From a virus (Duplodnaviria > Caudoviricetes), in the IMG/VR virus record IMGVR_UViG_3300033562_000989, positions 1 through 64,000 of that record: a stretch of 64,000 nt of DNA. One strand, given 5' to 3'. Made by a program: the position numbers and the translations under genes. The notes under the pieces are model-generated. The model saw only the letters and a list, made by a program, of their open reading frames with translations, was not told the origin of the DNA and did not search any database. Shown one piece after another: positions 37,801 through 49,356 of the stretch (its first letter is position 1; every line of letters starts with the position of its first letter).

Positions 37801-40800
37801 ATATTACAGTGAAACCTGAGTACATGCACCCTCATAAAATGAAACTTAATTTTAGAGGAGATAATGTAGCTGTAGATTATAATCAATTTGAATTAGAAAG
37901 TAGTGGTAGGCTTATCATGCAAGCTAAGCGTAATGTATCTTATACTGGTACAATAGAAAGGCCTAAAAGAAATGATAGGTTAGGAGTTACAGATAATGTA
38001 AATGTATCTATAATAAAAGATTTAAAAACTGATCTTTATAATTTATCAGGAGATACACATAATCAAGAAATTCATGATGGATCTAGCAAAATAAATTATT
38101 TATACAGTAAAATGGTTGATAATTCGTATCCTGGTAAGAATTATGAAGGCACTAAGAAACAATTAGGTACATTTTCTAATGAATACGGGAGTGCTTTGAA
38201 AAAAGATGCTGAAACAGTATTAGATAATAAAAGTATGCTTTCTAGTAATAAATCTTCTGTAAAATTAAAAAATTTACATAAAAAAATGTTATCTAGTAGT
38301 ACTATAAAATTTCCTACATTATCAACTAGTTTATCTTTAAACAATACATTTCTTAGAAATGGAGAGTACATTAGAATAAATAAAATAAGCATATCAGGAA
38401 CAAATGTTGCATTAGAAACTTCTACAGTAGATCCAATTACTAAAAAAACTATTAAAAATGTTGGGATTGAAAATTATGAAGGAATAGATAATTTATATAA
38501 ATTATGGGAATTATTAGGAGCAGAATATTCAGTTGATGAAAATTTGAACTTTTCTGAAGGATCAAATGACTTACTATTTAATTTAATAACTCATAAATCT
38601 TTAGATATAAATGATGTTAAAATGTTAAAATCTTCTATGATACATATAGCATCTAATGCATCTGCATTTAAATCTGGAGCTATAAATTTAAATCCTAGTA
38701 CAGTATATACTGACAATAATAAGTTAAAATATACAACATTTGAAAACAGGCACATGGGTCCTCAATTAGATGCTAAGCATCATGCAGATGCTTCAAAAGT
38801 TAAAGAAATTACACAGTTGATTTCAGCATTATCTCAAAATCCAACAACTGCTTATATTGCTGAAGAAATTTATAATGATTTAGCTAGAATAATTGAAGTA
38901 AGTTCATCAAAATATTTAGACAATATTAAAGACCTTACTCCAACAAAAAGACAAGCTTTTTATAAACAATTATCACAACAATTTTCTAAAGCACTAGCAA
39001 CTAGTAATGAAACAAATTTAGCTTCTATTATATCATCTACTTTTAAATTTGACGATGTTTTACCTATTAGTAATCAAAATTTCTTTAACCAATTTGTAAA
39101 GACAATGGTTACTAAAATGAATAACGAATTTATTACAAGATATTATACAGGATTAGGAGTTGTATTAAATCCATCACATGGTATAATACAAGTATATGAA
39201 GATGTTAATGGTAATATATATCAACAGGAAGATATTCTTAAAAAAGCCATAATTGATCATAGAAATAATCCAAATAAGCTAAATAAATCTAATGAGCAAA
39301 TATTAGAAGATTACATACAAGAAAATTTTAAATCACTCCCAACAACTTGAGATAAAATTAAACTTGGAGATACTGTTTTAGTATCAGAAGAAGTTGAAGA
39401 TTATGATCCATTAGACCATAGTTTAATTGCTGATGATATTAATATTAAAGAAAATACTAAAGCTTGAAGAGATGATTCTACAAAAATTAATAAAACTTAT
39501 GAATTTAGTTTTGTTGATAAACCAAAGGAAATATTTGAATTAGTTAAAGATTTAGAGGATGATTATTATTCTATTCATTTTAAAACATCTGGTAAAGATA
39601 GTTTAACAAATATAGAAAAGGAAAGATTAATTGGAAATATTTATTCATTCTTACCACCTAAAGCTAAAATATCTACTTGAGGTGATATAACAAAAGGTGG
39701 TATATCTGGTTTAAAAAGATTTTTAAATACAGGAATGATTGAATCTGGAGAAACTAGAACAGTTAAGTCTGAAGGAAAATCTATTGAATTACCTATTTAT
39801 AAATTTCCAACTAAAATAGTAGAAAAACCAATTACATTATCCACTCCAGAACTTTATTATAAATATAAAAATTCTACTGCAACTGTATCTAAAATTTATA
39901 GCAGTCCAAGAGATTTAAATCCTTCTGAAACTAGTTTTGATATTTTAGAAAACTATATTGATGAGAGTGGAGTTATAGTTCCTAAACAAATTACTAAAAA
40001 TATGTTTGACTTAGATTCCATAAGGTTACGTTATATGTTTGAAATGGCAGAAGATCAAATTAGTCAAAAAGATGCTATAATTTTAAATAACTTTAAAACA
40101 TATCTTCAAAATACTTTTAATGTAAATCTTAATAACAAAAAAGCTATTTCTAAGTATTTAACAGCTTGAACTAATAGAAACCTTCAATTAATGGATAATA
40201 ATTTTATATTACCAACTGTTAATGAAAATACTGTTTTTAATGATTACTTTGGAAATGATGATTTACTTAGAACTAACTTTAAAGATGTAAAAGCATTTTA
40301 TACACAAAAAGCTACTCCTATTTTAAATTATAGATTTAAACCAGCAGAAATAATAATGCCTAATATTCATAAAACAGCTTTTGATGTAGGAGATTCTACT
40401 ATAAGTGAAATAAAAGAATTAGGATCTAGTTATTTTAAAAATAAGCTAGAGAAAAATCTTTATTCACATAAGGATGATAGAGAAGTAGATTTTAAAATAA
40501 AAGTAGGAAAAAAAGATGTTTATATTAAATTTGTTAGTGAATTTCCTAGCAAAATAGAAAATAATAACATATTTGATAATGAATATAATGAAAAAACAGA
40601 TACTTTTATAAAGTATCGTTTAAGTGATACTGGTGAAAGACTGTATATAAAACCACCTAATTCAAAAATATTAGTAGATAGTTCAGGAAATGATACTATT
40701 TATATAAAAGTAGCTAAAGTAAGTCGTGGAATAGATAAAAATGGTGAAAATACTAATGAAAGAGTTAATTTATATGATCAATCTCTTTCAATTAATCTTA

Positions 40801-41222
40801 AAGATAATATAAAAGCATTAATTAAATCATTTAATGGTGAAATAGACGCGATAATACCTTTAATGAATAATCAAACTTTAAAATTAAAAAAATTAATTAT
40901 AAAAAATGGTATTAAAATGCAAGTTCCTAAAAATTTGGATTATATAGCTTATAATACTTTTGTAAACTTTACCTCTTATAAAGGAAAAGCAGCTTTTGAT
41001 GAAAAATTAGATAGTGATTGATTTGAAACTAATAAAGAACAGATTTTAAATCAATTAGCTAATAAAAAGTATTCTTCTTGGTTAAAACATCATCAAGTAG
41101 TAACTGCTCGTATACCTGCTCAATCTATGCAATCTTTTATGGAAATGTATAATATTGGATATCTTAAAACAAATAATAATGATGCTTATGTATCTATATG
41201 GCAAATATGGTTGCAAGGATCT
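34836..41222 (+). CDS. virion RNA polymerase, exon 1 (2129 codons, TGA=Trp)
   Basis: In-frame fragments ending ...RIPAQSMQSFM...WQIWLQGS at a T preceding the intron. Confidence 0.85.
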
Positions 41223-41331
41223 AAAACAAAAATTATTAAAATTTAAAATACAAAATTTCAACTTTAAATATATTTTTACCTTATAAACAAAAATATATTT
41301 AAAATCATATTTTTTATTACGACCAATTTAT

Positions 41332-41339
41332 TATCTTTG
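41332..41339 (+). promoter_or_regulatory. Bacteroidota-type -7 box TATCTTTG upstream of the intron endonuclease
   Basis: Exact consensus 23 nt before ATG 41363, inside the intron. Confidence 0.5.
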
Positions 41340-41362
41340 TATAATAATTAAAATAATAAAAA

Positions 41363-42154
41363 ATGGCAACAAAATTAGAAGAAAAATTACAAATTATTGA
41401 GTTGAATAAACAAGGTTTAACCAATAAGCAAATTAGTGTAGAAATGCACAAATCTCCAACAACAATTCGAAAAGTATTAAATGAGTATAACTTAGAATTT
41501 AATAGTGATAGAATTAAGATGATAAATAAAAAAGAAATAACTTATAATGCTGAACAAATAGAAGTATTATTGGGATCTTTATTAGGAGATATGTGCTTAA
41601 CAAAAGAAACGGTTAATGCAAGATGTGCAATATCACATGGAGGAAATCAAGAGTTATATTTTGATCATAAATGTTCATTATTTCCAAATTTATTAGGAAA
41701 AATATGTAAAACTCCACGATATGATAAACGGACTGAAAAATACTATAATAAGTATTCTGTAAGAATGTTAGCACATCCTAACTTAACTGCTTTATACAAC
41801 GAATTATATATAAACGGAGTTAAAACAATAACTGTAAATTATTTAAATAAATTAACAGAAAGAAGTTTAGCTTATTGGTTTATGGATGATGGTGCAAAAC
41901 ACGGAGTATTAGCTACAATGTGTTTTTCTGATTCAGAATTACAATTAATTCAAGAATTGTTTTTAAATAAATTCAATATAAGAACTAGAATTAATAACCA
42001 AAAATGTATATGTATTGTTGTAGATGATCTATTGCAATTTGAAAAACTAATTTTTCCTTATTTGATACCAGAAATGTATTATAAATTACATAAATTGGAT
42101 CCAAATTCCGTGAACTGCGGGAAACTCCTTAGAGATTCAAATACTAACTCATAA
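41363..42154 (+). CDS. LAGLIDADG_2-type homing endonuclease with N-terminal HTH
   Basis: EVLLGSLLGDMCL and LAYWFMDDG motifs. N-terminal QGLTNKQISVEMHKSPTTIRKVL is HTH-like. Confidence 0.88.
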   Translation: MATKLEEKLQIIELNKQGLTNKQISVEMHKSPTTIRKVLNEYNLEFNSDRIKMINKKEITYNAEQIEVLLGSLLGDMCLTKETVNARCAISHGGNQELYFDHKCSLFPNLLGKICKTPRYDKRTEKYYNKYSVRMLAHPNLTALYNELYINGVKTITVNYLNKLTERSLAYWFMDDGAKHGVLATMCFSDSELQLIQELFLNKFNIRTRINNQKCICIVVDDLLQFEKLIFPYLIPEMYYKLHKLDPNSVNCGKLLRDSNTNS

Positions 42155-42398
42155 TGGTAACATATATGAGGGCGTTGCTAACTACAACGATATAGTAAAA
42201 AGTTTGAATATTGGACAATCCGCAACCAAGCCACCTATATAGGTGGAAGGCTCAACGACTAGTAAGACCTACGAATGGTAGGCGTAGGACTCAAGCGAGT
42301 CCGAAGTGCGGAACATTGTAATTTTACAATGATGATATAGTCTCGACTTATGAGAAATCATAAGAGTTATAATAAAAGCGATTATAACGTAAGATACG

Positions 42399-45300
42399 GA
42401 TTTTGATATTGATAAAGCTTATGCAATGGCTTATGGGTTTAATAAAGATGGTCAATATGATATTTGAAGTCCTCTTTCTAATTACTCTAATGTAGAACAA
42501 TTAGAAGCTCTTGAAAATTTACCTGTTCCTAGTGGTAATATAGTAGAATTAAATGAAGGAGGTATTGGTACAGATCTTACAAACAATTTTATTAAATTTT
42601 TAGAATACGTTAAAACTAATAATATAATTAATATAGAAGATGCTACAAAAGATATGCCTCCAGATATATTAAATATGTTTGCTGACTCCTTAAGAAAAAT
42701 AAATAACTCTAATCAATTTGATAAAGTTTTTATAGGAATTACAGGAGAATCTGGTTTAGGTAATGAAGAAGAAATAATAGATACTAAAAATTTATTTATA
42801 TCTTTATTAAATTTACATAATGGAGATGAAAGTTATAAAAAGAAAGGTAATAGTATTAAAAATTCGGTAGTTTCTAAAATTAGAAAAATTATATCTTCTC
42901 CTAGTAATCAGATTTTAGCTAATACTCCTGTTAATATTAATCCTTTACATGATGGAGCTGCTAAAGCTCTTGAAATGAAATTAAAAAGAATAGAAGAAGG
43001 ATTTAATTTAACTGAATCAGAAGGAACAGGATTTAAGGATTTTAATCAAAAAAAGATTATAGAGTATTTAGAACATTTAACTAATGAAAAAATTATTGGT
43101 AAAGATTATAAAGAATTTAAAAATTTAAAAGGAAAAGATTTAGCTTTAAAAATAAAAGAAATATTATTAAATAGATCTCGAAGAAAAGTTTTAATTTCAA
43201 GTTTTGATATGCTCTCTATGTTTAAACAGCAAGAAGATGCTAGTATAGGTAAGGCTGATGTTGGTATTGGAGCTAATGGCTTAAAAGTATTTTTTGCATT
43301 AAGTAGTTATTATAATAATTGGTATGATTCAATAGATAGTGCAGAAGAATTAAATAAAACAGATTTCTTTACCAATAATAAAAGCTTTAGAAAAAAGTTT
43401 ACAGTTAATGGTGAAACTAGATTAATTCATACACTTGCTAATGTTGGAATAAATAATGAGCAGTTAACTAAAATTTTAAATACCTATGGTTACGATGAAT
43501 TAAGTAGGCAACAATCAGCTTTAAGTACAAATCAAGCTGCTATTTCAATGTCAGCATTTGTTTCAGGAGCAACTGATAACGCTAAAGAACTTGTAATGGC
43601 TAAAATTAATGCTGTAGTAGAACTTGCAGGGATGCATTTATATATGTTTTCTTTAGGGTATAATGAAGATGAAGTAGCAATTTTTATGAACTCAAAATTA
43701 GGATTATATATTAGTAAAAATCTTAAAACTAGTATGTATGATAATTTAGACAGAATTTATATATCTGATTTAATACAAAAGTATAAAGAAACAATCGTAG
43801 ATGAAGTTGAATTATTAGAAGCTGATACTTTCAAAGATATATATAATGGGGCTCAAGAGTTTAAAATACTAGCTTCTATATTAGGTGTAAATCAAAAAAC
43901 TTCTGCTAATACCATAGAATTAAATAAATTTTTAACTAAATTAGAGAATGCTATGTATATGCAAGAAGATAAAGTTTTAAAGTATGATTTAGGTAAATTA
44001 AAGTCTCCTGAAAAATGGGATGAAGTAATTAAAGGTTTACATGCCGGAAATAGTGATATAGATTTAAGTATTATTCAAAAAGTAATAGAAGAAAATTCAT
44101 TGTTAAAATTAAAATATGACAAAGGAGGAGAATATGCAACAGAAGTTATTAAGTATGTAAAAGATACTTTAGAAGCTGCTATGGATATTAAAATTAATTA
44201 CTTAGATGAAAATGGAGATATTAAAACTAAAACTGTAGATATAGTTGGAGGGGGATTTGATTTTAGATATTATATGTTTAGTAGCAATTATTCTTATAGA
44301 AAGGCCGCTGCAAACTACTATAATTTATTTAAAAACACAATAAATATCTTTGATTCCATAAATAATATGCCTCATTTTAAGGCTATGATTGATGGAGTAA
44401 ATATAATACATGAGACCCTTTCTGTTATAAGTAAAAAGTATAACTTTGCATTTAATTATTCCAGAGATATTATTAAAAAATATGAAGCTGAATTATTAAA
44501 ATCAAATAAAGATAATATTAAAAATAGATTTGGTAATAAAAATTTTGGAATAAAACAAGACGAAAAAGTTTTAGGAAGGCTATTTACATTTTATGATAAA
44601 TTGGTAGTATTTTCTTGGCTAACTAATTTAAAAACTCCAAAGAAAAATGATTTAACAGTTATTCCTAAAGATATCAGTTTAAATATAACAGAATTATTAA
44701 GACAACATAATAAAATAAATGGGATAACACCTATAAATACTATAACTTTAGACACAAGTAATAAAGCTAAGATTTATTCTCGCAATGATGCTAGTTTAAT
44801 ACGAAATTTATCTTTAAATAAAGACCAAAGAGAAATATCTGTTAATGATGATGAAGACTTTATTTTAGATATTAATTCTGATTATAATATAGCTAATTTT
44901 AAAATAGTTATGGAAGAATTGATTTATCCTATTTTATCAGCTTCAAAAAATTCTTCATTAGGGTCTAAATATCTTAATTTAGGGTCTGTTAGAAATTTAT
45001 ATGGAAATTTTACTACTCAAATACTATCAACTTATCAATTAAATAGTTTGAATACTCCAGAAAGCGTACAGAAATTTTCTGAATTAACTTCTAATTTTAA
45101 TGAAGTAGATCGTGTTATAGAGCCTGAATTAAAAATAAAGAATAATAAAGGCAAAGTTGTAGGTTATCAAGATTTACTTTATCTTTATAATTTAATAGTA
45201 AATAATGAATCTTATGGAGATAAAAGATTAACACCAATATTTGAAGATTATATTAAAAAACCAAATACTTTAGGGCAAGATTATTTAAATTATAGTACTT

Positions 45301-45635
45301 TAGTAGATACTAAACAAGTAAATGTACTAGCTCCATGAGAGGACGTAGATAATATGGAAGGATTAGATGAAGAACAATCTAAAAATTTAAAAAATAATTT
45401 AAAAATTGGATTAGAAGTAGCTATGTTACATAGTGCATTTCATGTACAAGGAGCTTTAGATATGGGTACTATTAATGATAAACTAATGAAAGTTGTATTA
45501 AAAAATAGCAACTATGTTATAAATACTGAAATGGATTTAAATGATAATACTTCTACAGTTAAGTTTAACTTATTTAAAGCTATCCTCTCTAATATTAATA
45601 ATAAAAATCTAATAATAAACTTTAGGTGTGATTAA
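42399..45635 (+). CDS. virion RNA polymerase, exon 2 (starts DFDIDK; spliced product ~3207 aa)
   Basis: GAT TTT GAT ATT GAT AAA gives the DxDxD metal-binding motif. In frame with ORFs 42654 and 45354 via TGA. Confidence 0.88.
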
Positions 45636-45670
45636 ATACTTAAATCATATAAAAAAACATAAATATAAAA

Positions 45671-48600
45671 ATGGCTTGTAATTACTTTATAAAATTACCA
45701 AATGGCGGAGAAATAAAACTCTCCGCCAATTTGGATATATTAACAGATAAAAAAGATAAAACTGCTATCAATTTAATACAGAAAGATATTAAAAGATACT
45801 TAGATTTTAAAAAAATATATACAGAAAGCTCTATTAATGATGAAAAATTAAATAATTTAGAAAATTTAATTATTACAGATATTAAAAAATCTTATGGATT
45901 TTTAAACAACGATGATATTAAGTCTATTATAAATAGAGATGATGTAAATGTTGGAAATATAATAGAAATTTTAAATAAATTAGTTAATGGAGATGAAGGA
46001 ATGAATAATATGAAAGATTTTACTTCAATATTAAAATCTACTATTTTTAAAGAAGGAGATGTTGAAGTATTTTATAAATCTAAGAAAAAAGATTCTTTAT
46101 TTGAAAAAATTAATTTAACAACTTTTTATGAAAAAATAAGTAAACCAATTCATACGGAATATTTTAATAATATAAAAGGAGATGGACTTTTAAAAATACA
46201 AACTCAAAATCAGGTTCATGCAGAACTTTTAAGAGAAATAAATTTTAATAAACATATGAATATAGAATATTCTGCAATAAACTCCTTAATAAACATTTTA
46301 AATAATCTCACAGATAAAAATACTAAGTTTTATAATATATACTTTAATGATCAAAAAGATGGGGAAGATGCAGTTGTTATAAAAGATGGTAATACGGATA
46401 TGATTTTTTATAATGGAGATAATGTTATTTCTTTATTAAATGGAGTTTTTAAATTAGGAGCTTCTAAGGTAAATATAGATCAATTAATTCCTATTTTAGT
46501 AGAATATAATAACAAACTTACTGAAGGAAGTAAAAATAAAATTAATTTAGAAGGCCTTACTTCTGAAAATTTCTTTAAAGGAGATTTTGAAGAAGATAAC
46601 TTTATAGAACCACAATTCAATAAAATATTTAAAACAAATGCATATAAAGAATTTTTACCTCGTATTATAGAATTAGTTTCAGTTTCTAATGATTTAGCAG
46701 AAGCTACTCAAGAAAAGCTCAAAAAATCATTAACTTCTTTATTTTCTTTTATAAATATTTCTAAAATGAATAATAAAGATTCTATCGAATTTAGAAAATA
46801 TAAAGAAGAAAATGAGAAGAATAATAAAATTTATACTGATCTTACAGGTAAAATTTATAAAAAAATCTTAGAAGCTAAAGATTTTTATTTTAATAGAAGA
46901 GAAGTTATAAATAAACCTAGTATAGCTGAAATATATGAGGAAATAAAAGCTAATATACTTTTAAATAGAGATATGATAAAAGTAGAAACAAAACTTCTTA
47001 AAGGAGAAAGAACCCAATATACGTCTTTTTATATAATACCTACTAAAATAGCCTATGGAGATAATACAGTGTTCGTAGAAGGTATTAAAATAGATAAAAA
47101 TGGAGATATAATTAAAGCAACTGGGTATATTGTAGATAATAACTTAACTTTTAGAAAATATCAGCCAACAAATGAAATTATTAATACAAAAGATGCTGAA
47201 ATGATTCCGGCTGAAGAATCTATAAACCTATTACCAAAAGAAAATGAACTTTATTTAAACAGATTAATTGTTACTAAAGCAGCTAAAAGAGGTAATTATG
47301 TAAAATATATAGATAATAAAGGAAAGGAAAGAAAGGGAATTATAGCTTTTATTACTCCTGGAAAAATAGTTCTTAATTTAACTGGAAAACCTGGTAGCCT
47401 ATTTAATCCGGAGTTACCAATAGATACGGTAACATCAATGACTATTGATAAAGCAACATTTGTAAATGAATTTTCAGAAGATTCTTTTACAGATGCAAAT
47501 TTAGAAGAGAAACAAGATATTTTAAAAAATGAGTTTGAAATTATTAATAACAAGGATAAAAAAACACCTTCTATTGTTGAGGGAGATATTATAATAGTCA
47601 AAGATAAAAAAGGAAGAAGTTTATATAATGAAGTAATAGATTCAACAATTAATAAAGTTTATATACTTATTAAAAATAATTCTGGTAAATATTGAATTGA
47701 AGAAAAAGATAAAAGTGATGCTATAACTGTATATAGAAAAAAGAATAGCTTTAATTATGAATATAATACTGCTGTTGATATAGCTAATTTTAAAAGAGAC
47801 TTTATTAAAAGCCCTAGTAATATATCTAAATATGAATATTCAATACTGGACAATTGATCTGAAATAGGAGATGGAGATTATTTAATCTCTAAAAAAAGTG
47901 GAGAAGATATAGTTTATAAAGTATTTAATAAAAAAAGTAATGAAGTAGTTAGATTAACTTTAAATGGTTCTAAAGGAATTTCTCATGAATACTCAAATTT
48001 AGGAGATTTTAATTCCTCTGATTATATTCTTGTAACTTCTAGAAATATTTCTACTGTGTCTTCGATAAATATAGCAGAAATTAATAATAAGAAAATTTTA
48101 ATAAACTCTACTGAAAATTTAGTAGGCAGAGATGATGTCTTAATTTTAACAGATTACACTGTTTATAATGATAATGAAAATGACAATGTTTTATTGCCAT
48201 CAGGTAATTACGTAGGAGGGCATACTAAATGAGGATCTCAACCATTAAATAGTAACGAAAAAAGTAAACTAAAAGAATTAAAAATAGCCTTAAAAGAATC
48301 TAATAAAAAACCAGAAAAAATAGATGATTTAAGTTTATATTTAGAAATAATTAAGGGAAAAGATGGTAATAAAGAGTATCATAGAAGATACAATGAATCT
48401 TTATATAAAGCTGATTTAGAAAAATTTCCTAATAATAGACAAGAAAAATTAAATTTATTAGGAAAGGAATCATTTGTAAGAGTTAAAACTTTAGAAAATC
48501 AACAAAATCCCACTACTTTTAAAGTTATAGAGAAAATGGGAGATATTTTAAAGTTAGAATATAGTACTTTTTCTAAAAGTGGTAAAATTGTTTCGGTATT

Positions 48601-49345
48601 TGCTACAATAGATTTGAGTAAAAATTCTGATGATATACTAGATTTTTGAGTAAGAAAAGGTACTGATAAACAAAAAAAATTAGAAAAACTTAATAAAACA
48701 GATATTACTACTGTAGAAGTTAAAAAAGAAAGGCAACTTGAAAGAATAGAATTGATTAATAATGTTAAAAAAGTATTTAATGAAAAGGTGTTTGGAATAA
48801 CAATAGAGGATAGAAATGATAAAGACAGAAAAGATAAAAAAGCTTGGATTGAAACAGATACAAAAACTAATGAAACTAAAATAATATTAAATACAGCTAC
48901 TACTAAAACTACAAGTACTGATGTTTTACATGAATATTTACATTTATTTTTGATTGCTTTAAAATATAATAGTCCATCTGATTATGAACAATTACTGACT
49001 AGTAAAATAACACAAACTAAGAATCAAACTATGCATAATATAGAAGAAATTTTTATAGACTTAGTGATAAATGCTTTAAAAGATGATAATTTAGAAAAAC
49101 TAGATAGTTTTGTAGATTTTTCTGATTTAATAAACAAAGCCTTAAAATCATTAGATATAAATACTAATTTTATAGACGGTTTGAGTAGTTTAGATATATT
49201 AAATAAAAAAATGTTAGAAGTATTTGAAAATCTTAGTGGAGAAGTTAGTAAAACAGATAAAGGTCTTATTATTTTTGAATCTAGTTTTAGAAATTGATTA
49301 GATGAACAGATAAAAGATAATAAACTAAAAATTATATGTAAATAA
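45671..49345 (+). CDS. giant RNAP-associated virion protein with C-terminal zincin (HExxH) domain (1224 aa, TGA=Trp)
   Basis: Frame open through TGA codons to TAA 49343-49345. DVLHEYLHL at 48929-48943. Confidence 0.72.
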
Positions 49346-49356
49346 TAAAATGATAA

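Larger units (their letters stand above)
41223..42398 (+). mobile_element. group I intron in RNAP catalytic motif, endonuclease in L1
   Basis: IGS GGATCC (42097-42102) pairs the exon end GGATCT with a G-U at the splice site. AAATT pairs 3' exon GATTT (P10). P3 TTCCGT/GCGGAA, P7 GACTA/TAGTC, terminal G 42398. Splicing restores QGS|DFDIDK. Confidence 0.92.
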
